Assembly: GCA_002104905.1 (NCBI GenBank)
Contig: MCFE01000456.1
Location: 8,096 to 72,095, forward strand
Source: Basidiobolus meristosporus CBS 931.73
Lineage: Eukaryota; Fungi; Basidiobolomycota
Length of the DNA: 64,000 nucleotides
Direction: 5' to 3'
Part shown: positions 12,136 to 24,517 of the stretch, one piece after another
Layout: each line of letters opens with the position of its first letter
Numbering within the stretch: the stretch's first letter is position 1
Program-made: the position numbers and the translations under genes
The notes under the pieces: generated by a model
What the model was told of the DNA's origin: nothing
Seen by the model: only the letters and a program-made list of their open reading frames with translations
Databases searched by the model: none

Positions 12136-12960
12136 ATGGCAAAGTCTTGGTGGACATATGCTTATCTAGTTGATTGGGCCATTGTGGCGGCTCTGATCAG
12201 CGTAACAATCTTCTTCCAGCACTCTTACAACTCACGACCGGAGCTTGGAGCCACTGTGATTGAGGATGCCCATACCATCACAATATTCGGTCTGTACGTT
12301 ATCACCTTGGTTGTACCCCTCATCTCCATAGTACTGCATCAAGGGTTGGCTTCATTATGGATATACTGGGTCCGTCGTTCAGAGGAGGAGTCGAGTATTC
12401 CGGTGCTACACGTATTGCACAACAATCTCTTGGGCCTGGTATCCAGCTTTGGCATCACCGCATTTGTAATCGAGGTCTTGTATATGATCTTATCCGGTGT
12501 ATCATTGAATGACTGTCAATCCAGCTCCAATTGCACCGGCGAGTCGGGAAAGGTGTATCCGTCGATCTATGCTGGATATACATCCTTGGGAATGGTGTAC
12601 TTGAGCATGTATATATCGCGTAAATCACGTTTCAGTCACGGGAGTATGCTGTGGTCGCTGGTTAGTATGCTGCCACTACTGGTGATCATCGTGGTTTGCG
12701 CCTCACAGATCAATCAAGGTCAGACAACTCTGTTGAATGTCTATTTCGGATCGCTTATTGGCATTGCGATGGTGATACCATGTCGCAGAATATACTTCTG
12801 CCCCGACGGCCAACCACGAGTCATCAGCGCTGAGTTTCCTCCCAGAAAGGATACGTTAGAGGAGGGCGGAATTTATGGGAAGTACACACTAAGCGCAGCA
12901 ATGAGCGAACACTTACCAGGTAGCAAGAGCTCATCCAATAGATCGTGTTGCGCCCATTAG
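12136..12960 (+). CDS. PAP2/lipid-phosphate-phosphatase-fold membrane protein with degenerate active site; intronless
   Basis: About six hydrophobic helices in LPP order (YLVDW..., VVPL..., LHNNLLGL...SFGIT). At the C2 position YPSIY replaces FPSGH, at C3 SQINQGQT...NV..GSLIG replaces SRxxxxxHxxxDVxxGxxxG, and no KxxxxxxRP C1 motif is present. First ATG at 12136. Confidence 0.75.
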   Translation: MAKSWWTYAYLVDWAIVAALISVTIFFQHSYNSRPELGATVIEDAHTITIFGLYVITLVVPLISIVLHQGLASLWIYWVRRSEEESSIPVLHVLHNNLLGLVSSFGITAFVIEVLYMILSGVSLNDCQSSSNCTGESGKVYPSIYAGYTSLGMVYLSMYISRKSRFSHGSMLWSLVSMLPLLVIIVVCASQINQGQTTLLNVYFGSLIGIAMVIPCRRIYFCPDGQPRVISAEFPPRKDTLEEGGIYGKYTLSAAMSEHLPGSKSSSNRSCCAH

Positions 12961-13283
12961 ATACCTGGGTGGTAGTAACTCTTGTATACCAGCCATTACA
13001 CCGGGTCATGCAGTACCGACATTTCTTGATCTCAGTTGTTAGTCTATAGGGAAGATTGGCCATCCTATCCATCCACTGTTGACTAGCAATACTTCTGTAG
13101 GTTTCATCTTTTTGTTGCTAATAATAAAGTCTGGGTTTATTTTACAATAGCTTGGTATTGGTTATTCTTCAAACGCTTCAAAAAAATCGATCATCTAGAA
13201 GTATCTCTGGTAAGTGAAGGTGGAATCGTGTAGTAAGTGAAAAGGGGAATTGCCTCGCTGTAATGGGGGAGGGGTGAATGGAC

Positions 13284-15025
13284 TCAGTTGTTAGACATTG
13301 CCTCGGGCGTATTGCATCTTCCGGGGTTGCGTGCGCACCACAAAGGCTGTAAAGGTTCAGCCATGATGCCACGGCGGGTTAGACGGAATCGCATTTCATG
13401 GAGTCGTGCTTGTGCATCAAGAAGGCTGCGGGCGTTTCCTTTCTGATCCTTGCTTCCACTCCAGAGAACTTCAGCTGCTGCGGAAGATCTGGGCCAGAGG
13501 TACTTATCCAGGTTAGTGAAATCGGCTTGTTCCGACCATAGCATCACCTCCCCACCCCAGACATTCTTCGCCTCCGCACTGGTTAGATTTGCCAGGATGT
13601 CATATGAATATACTCGCTGCCACGTTTTGAACGGGTCACACCTACATACGTGTTAATGGAATTTAAGGCTGCTGAGGGAAGTGTAGGGTCTTACCATGAA
13701 ACAGATTCTGCATTGCCACCCACGAAGTCGCCGTGGCCACAGTCAAGATACCAGTAGTCGCTTGAGCTGGCTAATACAGGGTATCCCTGGGAAGCCACCT
13801 TCTTGGTATATTCGGCTCCAAGCCACACCTCAATTAAGGTATCTTTGGGAACGGTTAGGTTATGGTGGGTTACTGCCTCCTGCCATGTGATGGGGATTTT
13901 CTTGCTTTCTCGGACCCATCCATGTAGCTTCTCCAAGAATGGCAATAAGATTTGGTTATAATCAGTGTATCCTTTTGCTTGCATGTAGCTTCGTATGCTC
14001 TCAGATGAGTTCCAGCATTCGAAGCGAACTTCATCGCCACCGACATGGGTATATTTCGAGTCGAACCAAGGGACTACCTCGTCCAGGAATGTTTTGACTA
14101 GCTGGTCCGTCTGAGGCTTGGTGATATCAAGCTGACCGCTCACTGGCTCTGCCGCATGGACATCCCATCGGTTGTAGTCCATACAAACGGTAAGCTCTGG
14201 ATGGGATAACCCCCAGGAGTAGGCATGGCCTGGTATATCAAATTCAGGGATGATAATGACTCCTCTTTCCAAACCATACTGCACGAGGCCCCGAATCTGT
14301 GTCTCATCATACATCATGTCTGGCCCGTATGCTCCTTTGAGCGCCAACTCTGATGTCTTCTTTGTCAACACAGGGAAACTGTGGGAGTCAATAATATGCC
14401 AATGAAGGACGTTCATCTTGTTATACGACATGGCGTCAATAGTACGTTGAAGGTCTTCAATGGCGAAGAAGTTGCGCGAAGTGTCAAGGAGTATACCACG
14501 ATATTTGAAGGCGGGCTTGTCACGGATAGTGACTGGGTACTGGTTGATATAGAGCTGATCTTCCTTGCCTGAGTACGACACCAGCTGTGAGAAGGTTTCC
14601 AATCCTCTAAGTGCCCCGAAGATAGTCTTGGCCTTCAATGCTCCCGCTTGAGAGCTTTCTTTGAGCTCCAAAGTGTACGATTCGTCTGTCTGGAGGTCAT
14701 ACCTAGGATCATTGCTTTCGACTTCGATATTTATCGTATCCAGGTTGGTTGATCTAGGTCTCTGGGACCAAGTACTAGCACGAAGGAAGGATTGGGGGTC
14801 GTTGGCCTTCATACGATCATCATGAATGATTTTGAGATAGCGCTTCATAGCTAAGCTAAGTATGTCAGATGATCCCCGGAAGTTGAATTTAAAATCATGA
14901 CTCAACAGCACAGTGGAATTGCCATGAGTGTATTCGTGGGGTACAGGCCAAACCGTACTGCTGACTAAAGGTAAAGTAACGCTAAGGAGGTATAATGCGG
15001 TAGACTTCTTTCCTTGGAAAATCAT
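13284..15025 (-). CDS. Beta-N-acetylhexosaminidase (GH20), secreted; 2 exons
   Basis: Signal peptide, YRGILLDTSRNF, MNVLHWHIIDSHSFP, PEFDIPGH, catalytic HVGGDEV, WYLDCG, spliced SW|CDPFKTWQRVY, GGEVMLWSEQ, WPRSSAAAEVLW. Confidence 0.97.
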
Positions 15026-16276
15026 CGTGTTCAAGTTGAGCGGATTGTTGATGCTGAGAGCATAGGCAGGGTTTATAAATACACCGACTTCTGAAAAATG
15101 GCTCTGTAGCAGGATTGGTCAAGGAGACTCCTGCATAGGCTTACGATTTGCCGACATGCCTGTGTATTCGGATAATATCTTCAATGCAACAGCGACTATT
15201 TAGAGTGAAGTTGGCCATTGTGTATATAAATATCATTGGCATGATTATCTACAATTTCTGCGTAGCAATAACACGAAAAAGATGCATTTCACTGGACAAA
15301 CCGGATCCTTAGATATTAATATACGAAATAGGGATTGTTTGCTGGCAGGAGCCACAAACCGGAGTTGCCAATGTAAGAAACCATTGGATGGCCTCTTCCC
15401 ACATCTTACCCATATACAGACTATCAAGATGTCACATTCTTTCACTTTCTTGCTCGTAACCTTTGAGCACTAGAAAGGAAGCGATGTGCGATCTTATCAT
15501 TGTCTGATTAGGTTTAATTGTTGGATACAAGCCGTCATGACATCCAGTTAACTACATGTCAACAAAAAGCCCCGCTGCGCCCGGTTGGGAAATGTCTGAT
15601 GACGATTTCATATGCACGAAGATCGCCCACCATATCCGGATTTTTTATTTCCTAGCGGAAGACATGATGTTCAGTGGATATTCTGCCTACAAGCCCACGA
15701 CCATCGCGATTCACGAGCTTTTTTCTATATTCCTTAGCTAGCTCACGCTCTATATAGTCGACTTTCAGTGATGGCCCAGTGGACACCTACGTGCAGCATG
15801 CACGACTATCTATTTCTACTCCACACATCATTGCCATCGTTTGGCAGTGGTCACAAAACCTAGTCCCCTAGGCTTAATTGGGAAATAATCAACACCATCA
15901 GTTGGACAGTCAAATCGTCGTGTCCTGGAACCAATCAAGCACCGTGGTTGAAAACCCTGGTGTTCACATCACACCTCGATACAAGCTCGAACTGTCATTT
16001 TCCATGACATAGCCCATGTTGGGGAGCTGGCGCCCACTAGGTATCATACGAATGGATATTAATTCTGATACACTGGATATTTTCCACCATTGCCTTCGTG
16101 TTTGAAAACTTGTCAAAACGATATGAAAGTTGCGAGTCAAAACCACATTTAGTCAAGATGAGGCAAAGTGGTGACAGCAGAGCTGGTGTTAAAATCATGT
16201 ATATACATTCAAAGGGAATGAAAATTTTCGTCTAGCAAAGGGTAGTGCATGGTAGACGTCATCACAGTATCACAAA

Positions 16277-18182
16277 TCAAATGGAGGGTAGGGAGCTGAC
16301 TCCGTTATTCTTGATGGGCTCTGGCATGCGAAGATGGTAATCTGGAGACAATAAGGTGAGTAAGCGGATTGATTTGGATGTTCACTGTGGACTAACCTCC
16401 ATTTTGCGTGATATATCTGACCCATGGAAGCGCCTGGTAGCCGCTCTTTTCGACAACCTTAAGGTAACGAACCTGAATCCCGGATGGGACGAAGTAGGGG
16501 ATCTCAAACTTGACTGAGATGGGGAGTTTCTTGTCCATTTCCTCCTCTACGAAGTCAGATGTTATTATGCATTCAGACCGACTTCCTTAATACCAGAAGA
16601 TACTTACCTCCTTTAACACTAGGGAGGCTAAAGTGGGCACGTAAAATGAATTCTCGACCCCCAGGGAACTGCTTGATCTTCCAAGACAAGGCCGACTTTT
16701 CAGGCTTGTACGAGGCTGAGCCCATGGAGCACTTGAACTTTGGTGATGCTGCATCATCAGGGACAGGGACTAGAATTTCGACGTTATTGGCACTGGAGCG
16801 TTTCTTGAATTGTGCTTTAGCCTTTGAGGAAAGGTAACCATGTATTAGTAATGAACAACGATGCTTGGACGAGTGGTCAGCTACCTTGATCATGTATTCA
16901 ATTCTGCCAGTGTGATATTCAACCACCGCCTCACACCAAATCAATGGCTTCACCTGTAACCATGTAAAGTCAACGGATTAGTCAGATTAATAGCGTTACT
17001 CTCAACCCCAACCTACCTGAGTATTTAGTCTATAACTCATTAATTCAAAGTCACCATCAGGGGGAATGAACGAAATGGTTCGGTCGTTTTCAAAGCGCGA
17101 TAAGCGAACACACTGATGGAATTTGACATCCTCCATTTCGATTGCTTTCCCTTTGCCTACAGCTGAAATCAACCAGAATAAGAAGTAGCCCAGCCAGTCT
17201 AATATCCCTGTTACTCACTTCGACCGATATTCTCGAACAGAACTTTATCGTTTAGGCCGAGTCTTAACTCTGGCATGCCGCTGAGGTAACAGCGCATCTT
17301 GACGCTACCAAGGATCTCGCTTCTCAGTACGTTGCCACTGGCGTTGGCCTAAGAGGAGGGCATTAGATGCTGACAAAGTGCAACCAGACAATCCATAGAT
17401 GTTCACCAGTAAATTAACGGATTCGACAACATCAAGAAAGACCTCATTCTTGCGGTATCTAATCCCTTCCGTTCTCCATGAGACTGCATTGGTAACCGCC
17501 ATAGGGGGACGAGCTTGCACTTCAAGTTTGAAGCCTTCCTGTGTAATATATCTAAGGAGGTTTCAGTCTTGTTCAGACAGCAACTCCTACAACAAATATA
17601 TAATGCTCACTCTTGGAGAACTTTGGTTTCAGTTGTCTGCGGATAGCCGAAGTCCATCATCTCATCAAGCAGCTCATAAATGATGACGAAATTGTCACGA
17701 ATCGATTCCTCTTCGAGGGTTTTGAAGTACTCCGTAAAGACCTGTGCTCAGAAGCGTAGAAATAAGTGCAAACCCGATTTGAGCCGTAAGCGTATGATTG
17801 ATAAATACCTGAGTGAGTTTGTGAAGGAAAACGAGTATTGTAGTAGCATCCGAGTTTTTCTTTGTAATAGCGAGGACTAAAGATGACACTTGGCTTAGGA
17901 TGCAAACCGCTTCGGCGAAGATGATCAATAACAACGCGAAACCTCGTCGGGAAAGCGGGTCGCGAGACATAGCAAAAGGATACGATAAAGATTGTTATGA
18001 CGGATGTAGAGGTAGTTAACACCCTCATAAGTAATCACTGGTGTAGGAGTTTGCTCCTCTTCTTCGGTTTCCAGAATCAAGGGAAGGAATTTATCCACTA
18101 CACTCATGGGGATGTCTCCACGATAGTTACGGGAGATGAGGACCTTTCCTTTCAGGTCGAGGATGAAGACCGCAGAAGCCAT
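16277..18182 (-). CDS. APM1: AP-1 adaptor complex medium (mu) subunit; multi-exon
   Basis: [121 protein letters not shown]|DYHLRM; TGA at 16277-16279. Confidence 0.97.
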
Positions 18183-19732
18183 TGTAAGTGTATAGATGCT
18201 GTAACCAACTTAGAGTAGGTTGACTGGAAATCGTGCCGGTGGAAACAGTGAGTACAGAAGGTTGTTTATTGAAAACTTCCGTCTTTTTTTCGAATAGAAA
18301 CCAATACAACTTTGGTTTGGATCCTCGAGATTTGATATTTACGATCACTGGGGAGGTTTGTAAGTTTGGTTGGCAGCCGCAACCAGTAGTTTCAATATCC
18401 ATGCTAGTGACGTATTAGTCTAGGGTGATTAGCGAGATAAATGGCCATCCCATAACTCGGAGGGGCATCCTATGAAAACGAAAATTGCACCCCAAAGATA
18501 TCCCGACCCTGTCTATTCATGCCTCGAATAATAGCCGCTATTCCAAGAATACGCCAGAAGTTAATTATTTGATTAAGGGCCGATCTCGTGATTTCCCGGA
18601 TTCGAAGGGTAGAACTAAGCACCAGTTCGTAACACCCAAGGTTCCGGATGGTGAATTTCTGACCATGCTTCCGGATATGCAAGCCTCAGATTGATTCAAA
18701 GTGTGGGTGGTTAACCGGCATTGAATGTAGCAAGGCGCTTTACATCCCGACCCAAACGCTATAGGGGATAGATGAAAACACCCCGTTTGGAAAAGTGGCG
18801 GTGTTAACCAGAACGATGTGTTCTGGCACGTTTTGCGACACCACAAGGTCCCCGAGTATACTACGCTGTGTTTCAGAAACTGCCATAAAGGCGTGTGTAG
18901 TCAAACCATAATTGACTCGCACGTCTGTAAGGCAGGCGCAGGTGAATGGTAACACTATCGAATGGGCGAGGTGTTGGTAGATGTACATCGAGTAAGACCA
19001 GATTCAATAGAGGGTTTTATTCGAATTCGATATCTTAAAAGATTGTCAAACACCACTCGAGTCAGTACCATCAAGTTGGCAGGATTACTATACCTTTTTT
19101 TCATCTGATCCTGCCAAAGTAGGAATGAGGCAGACACATAGCTGTTCAGTTGACCCGCCTGCAAATATTTCCCGCACTCTGATACTGCGTGTACGGGGAA
19201 TTCAAGTTACTGATAGCACAATGAATATTGCTCGGCTGCGCGACCTGTCCACGTAGGCCTTGAAGTCTGCAGACGGTAGGGCATCGGTAGGTTGTTAGCA
19301 GTAACCGGAAATAAGCAGCAGCAGTTAGGGAGATTCTGAAGGCTTGAACCAGGCCCATTGGCCCGAACTATCCGAGTTTCTTATTTGAGACATGTAGGCC
19401 GCATAGCAAGTTCTAGCTATTCCAATTCCAGTGCCCCGAACAATACACAGCCAAGATCTCAAACCCTAATGAACTCTGATGCTAATAAGGTTATCGGCCA
19501 TGGCACTATTTTCCCACGTTAAAGATCCATCCCTCTGGATTTGCAAACAACTGGACGCAACCTGTATGTCTTACCTAACTAAAATTCAAAATCCTTATCC
19601 GACTACTCTGTGCGCCCAACGAGTAAATCGGTGAGAATATTTGCTATCCGAAGTCTGAGTCATGCCAACTTTGCTGGTCTCTATAAAAATACACAACACC
19701 GTTGCTGGAATCGTTACCAGGTCATTCTATTG

Positions 19733-21537
19733 ATGAGTACTCCGGAGAAAGCCGATGCTGATATTTACCAAGTTGATGGGGTGAATGTTACTATCAACCT
19801 TGATGAACCCCGCGTTGCCCACTAACATTTACTGGTTTCCCAGGAGGTTGACCAACTTACTGAGCGTGAGAAGGAGCTTCTTCGTCTAGAGAAGGAGCTC
19901 AACGCCAAACTGGATAAAGAGCTGATCGACAACCCCGATAAGGTTCCCAAGGCTGTCTGGTTCATCATCCCCAACGAGTTCTGCGAGCGTTTCTGTTTCT
20001 ACGGGATTAAGCCTATGCTTACGCTCTACTATCAAAATGCCGCAGGACTCGACCCCGTTGACACCAAAGTACAGGTTCATTCGTTTACAATGATGGCATA
20101 TTTCTTCCCCCTTCTAGGTAAGTATTCGCCGCAATTTATCTGGCGGTCCATTCTAACCTAGTGCGATAGGTGCCGCCATATCTGACAGTTGGCTGGCTAA
20201 ATACGAGACCATCATCTATTTGTCTGTGATATATTTGCTTGGTACAATCCTTCTTGCCGTATTCTCAATCAACGGCTTGATTGGGCAATATGGCCAGTTG
20301 CCCACATGGGCAATTACCTTGCCATTGGTTTTGATTGCTCTTGGAACCGGTGGAATTAAGCCATGTGTTTCTTCTCACGGTGGAGACCAGTATCTTCCTC
20401 ACCAGAAGAAAGGATTAGACTGGTTCTTCGCGTTGTTTTACGTCTCCATAAATGTTGGCTCCTTGATCACCAAGAACGTAACCCCAATCATCAAGAATAA
20501 CATCACTTGGTATGAATGGATTGTTTTCATCGTATGGTTTCCTCTCTAATTCCAATTTCCTTAGCTTCGGCACTGAGTGCTATTTCGCGGCGTATGGACT
20601 TCAGTCTATTCTGTTTGGTGTTTCCATAGTAATCTTCATCTGCGGTAAGAAGTACTATCGTATCGTTCCAGCCCTAGGGGAGTTCTTGCCTTGGAAGGCG
20701 CTAAAGGGGTCAATCTATGCTGCGAAGAGGTATTACAAAGCCAAGCCCGAGGAGCGTGTACGCCGTGGTAGCTGGTTGAATTTTGCTGAAGAGACCGTTG
20801 GCGCCTTATTTGTAACTGAGATCCGACTTTTTGGTCGTGTGCTTGGAATGATATGGCCTGTCCTCTTCTTCTGGATGGTTTATGATCAACAGAGCACCCA
20901 GTGGCAGCAACAATACCAGTACATGAACAAGAAGTTCGGTTCTTTGACGTTGGCCCCTGAACAATCATCCATCTACAACACCATCTTCATCATTCTCTTT
21001 GTTCCTTTTTGCGCTCGAGTCGTTTACCCCACTGCCGAGAAGCTGGGCTTCCGCTTCACCCTGCTCCGCCGAATGGCAATTGGCTTCTTTTTGGTAGTGC
21101 TCAGCTTCGCTATCTCAGGCATCCTTCAAATATTCGTGGATTCTCATTTTGATGGTAAAACTGTTGGTAAGAACATTGTGGCCGGGCCCAACTCACTTCA
21201 TGGCGCTTGGCAGATTCCCCAATGGATCGTCCTCTCATTTGGAGAAGCCATGCTTTCACCCTCTGGTCTTCAGTTCACTTACACTGAAATCGGGCGTCAG
21301 ATGAGATCCACCAGTGCGTCATTCTGGCTGGTCACCACATCAATCGGTAACCTGGTGGTGACAGTGGTTGAAAGTGGTTTGAAGGGAACCTCCGTCCAGG
21401 GTCCTGCGAAATATTTCTTCTATACCGGCCTCGGACTTTTCGGCAACTTGATCTTCATCTTCCTTGCTAGACGTTATACGTACAAGGAGGATAGGGAGAA
21501 GAGTGACTTGGAGAAAGTAACCGAGCCAAAGGAGTGA
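19733..21537 (+). CDS. PTR2: Proton-dependent oligopeptide transporter (POT/PTR family); 4 exons
   Basis: NEFCERFCFYG motif, LIALGTGGIKPCVSSHGGDQ, FFALFYVSINVGSL, FFWMVYDQQSTQW, QIPQWIVLSFGEAMLSPSGLQFTYTE. Introns at about 19781-19843, 20118-20169 and 20510-20564. TATA-like TATAAAA at 19682. Confidence 0.96.
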
Positions 21538-24187
21538 TGTTCTTAAAGTCATCCTACATCCTATCCAAATGCCCAACCAATTCCCATTGTGTAATCAAGC
21601 ACTGTACTTTGCTAATTAATAGCTTGAAGATATTTCACCCATCATAATCATATAATTAAACCCTTTTGTGAATCAATGGGATTACTGCTGGCATCGGCCA
21701 CCTTACCAGTAGAGTCATTCCATTTTTGGTTGGGGCATCTGCTGGTGATGGTGCAGAACCAAGTGCCTTCGCCAGCCAGAGATAGAAATGCCATTGCAAA
21801 CTCACAATAGAGTCTTGGTGGGATGTAAATATAAACATACAAACTAATGACCAGTGCAGAGGATTGGCATATATGCAAGGGTTCAGGTGTTCAAGAGCTG
21901 ACGCATGCACAATCCCTGGTAACCAAATTCTTTCCCGGATTTCTATGCAACATAGCAACGGGCAATACACACATCTGGCTGGATCCGTAATGACTAATTG
22001 CACCCTGTGGCATACAGTCACCATTTACATCTAATGTCCAGTGTCTGAAAAATCCCTTGGTCCCAGTCCTATGGCTCAAGAATCAAGGGGTGTACGTCGA
22101 TTTCAAGTATGTATGGCGTCACTTAGAGTGGTACCACCTAGCACACCGACACCAACCTCCTTCCCCTCGAAGCAGAAGAATGCCTCCGCAGTAGTGGTAG
22201 CTCATATATAGATAATCCATTTGATCACGCAGATTAATCCTTATTGCCACGGGGAAGTGCGAGGTGGTGACACAAACCGCCCAAAAATCTCCGTTTCAAA
22301 AACATCCCAAAAAATGGCCTGTTGGTTTGGTGCTGTTCTGTACAGTATGGTGAGAGCAGCTCGTCCTGTGACGTAGATTCCCAACCACCCAACACACACC
22401 GTATCCCACGAATCCCATCTCACCCATCAGCGATTGATAGCATTGATGATAAAGTGACAAGGATCATCACGGATAGATGTACCATTAGATATGTAATTCA
22501 CCACAATGAAACAGCCAGCAAATCCAGACCAATTTCTTCCTCCCACCCCTTCGCACTTCATCGTCGAGTGGCCGCTCGGTCGCAAGCCATGTATTTGTGG
22601 TATGATGGTGTTGGATCCGGAAAGCCTGTGGCCAGCTTGATTATATGGAATCCCCAGAGCCCGCCGGAAGCCAATGGCACCAGGTGGCTTAGTTGATGGG
22701 ACGAGAGGTGGCGGTTGAATCTGATTCAAACAGATCAATGGCCGCCAGTCTCGAATTCCAGCGGCGAAGAATAATGGGAGTGAACCTGTTCCATATAGGA
22801 GATTTAAATATATGGGTAAATAGCGCCCAGGATGCCGCCCAACTCTATTTCAAATACTTCCAACACAGCTGACATATCGAGGCATAACCTGCTTTGGTAG
22901 CTGATCTGGGTGTCCTTTCAATGAGATTCAGAAGTGCGGATTGGAGGGTGAGCAGCCAGGCCAGCAACTGGCCTTTTGATGAAGCGCGTGCGGTGCTCTG
23001 CGGCAAAGGGTGAGGGAAAAGGCACGAGAGATTTGCTTAGGTGCGGAGTCCATGGGCTTCACCGATATGGCATGCTTTCTGGTGGAGGTGCGGCATTGAT
23101 TCTTGGTGGATAGCAGAACCACCGCCCCCTGAATTACTCACTCATGGTTGGCATTTTTGGGGAAATATTCGCTGCATCACAAATTACCATTCCGCTACCT
23201 GCTGGAAGGCTACTAATATATGATCTGCATCCCAATCTTTCTGGTAGCCAATGCTTATTCGGGCGTTGTTTAGGGATACTAACACCACTGATCAAAAGAG
23301 GATTAAGATTGGACGGTTTTGTGCATGGGTACCAGATACATTGGTAAAGCTAGAATTCTCCGGCCACTCTAGCCATATCAGACACTGGGCTCTTTAATTT
23401 CGTACAGCTACGAAACCTTGGGATATGGAGGCTTACATGCGGAGCCCAGGGTAAGCGATTTCCCCGAACACCGGAAGCATAGGCCGCGATACAGCCACCA
23501 ACGGCTGACGTTGTAGCTGCTGACGATCCATTCCCCAGATGCGAAGGTGGCCAGTTGAAGTCACTCGCCATGTTGATCCCCTATTTCCGTAGAGGATTTC
23601 CTGTCCACCCCTTCCATATTTGGCAAACTGGAGACTGTCTCACTCATGTAGTTGCCCTCCCCATTGTAGCACTCCACATGACGCAGAAACCTGCCTGCGA
23701 CCGGGGCCGAATGCTGGTGTTGCAACGAATTGTGATTCAAAGGCCCAAATAAGTGAGCGCACATATAAAAAAGAGGTAGAACCCGATTTCTGAGGAGCCT
23801 AGGGTGTCGGTGTGCGAGACAGTTAAGGACCAAACCTGATGCTCCCCCGATTTGGCACTGAGTGGTTCCAAAAGGCTCGGCCAATGCCTAGAGTGGAGTG
23901 ATAATTCCTAATCCCTAGTTTGCGAGTCTTCATAAGAATCCCTAGCCCCTGGCTGGATAATGATTCGGAGGATTTTCTGGAGTGGAATGAGCTCAGATAG
24001 GTACAGGCCAACCAGGCCGCTGCAAAACAGTTAAAACGGGCAAGTAACAGGCAAATTGGAAATCCAAACAGGTTTACCAATTCCATTTCTCTTCGCCTTG
24101 CGTTTTCGAATCGACCAGCTAGGCTATATTGATCCCGGATTAGAGGCAATCATCGCTCTGTTGTAGTTTAGCTCAAGGCTCGCTGCC

Positions 24188-24517
24188 ATGCACGGCTTGG
24201 GTAAAGGTAAGGGAAGCCCCAAAAAGCGCCCGGTCAGAGTGGACACAATAAAAGGCATCGGCGACATGTCTCTTCGCAAATTGGCCAGGCGAGGTGGGGT
24301 GAAGAGAATATCCAAACCGATCTATCCGCATATCCGCGAGACGATAGTGGAATTCCTCAACGACCTGATCCGTGACACGGTTTCCTACACACAGTACGCA
24401 CACAGATCCATCGTCACTTCCAGCGATGTATGCTACGCTATGAAGAGACGAGGCCACACATTGTACGGGTTTAATCAGACTCAGGATAGGGTTGTTGCCA
24501 ATGACAAGTATTTTTGA
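24188..24517 (+). CDS. Divergent histone H4 variant, intronless, 109 aa
   Basis: H4 histone fold is unambiguous (RKLARRGGVKRIS, FLNDLIRDTVSYT, VTSSDVCYAMKRRGHTLYGF); 43/77 identities to canonical H4 residues 24-100 by manual alignment. Kozak-like GCTGCCATG context. Confidence 0.9.
   Translation: MHGLGKGKGSPKKRPVRVDTIKGIGDMSLRKLARRGGVKRISKPIYPHIRETIVEFLNDLIRDTVSYTQYAHRSIVTSSDVCYAMKRRGHTLYGFNQTQDRVVANDKYF

Noticed and set aside
15556-15741. Short ORF with cyclin-C-terminus-like YKPTTIAI
   Set aside because: Only a few matching residues, with no cyclin box upstream in any frame.
18400-19500. Protein-like but stop-interrupted frames between APM1 and PTR2
   Set aside because: No consistent spliced model or family motif on either strand; compatible with a divergent promoter region.
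23953-23997. SELIPLQKILRIIIQ on the minus strand upstream of the H4 variant, resembling H3 PFQRLVREIAQ (possible divergent H3-H4 pair)
   Set aside because: Similarity does not extend in any frame, and flanking codons contain stops; likely chance.
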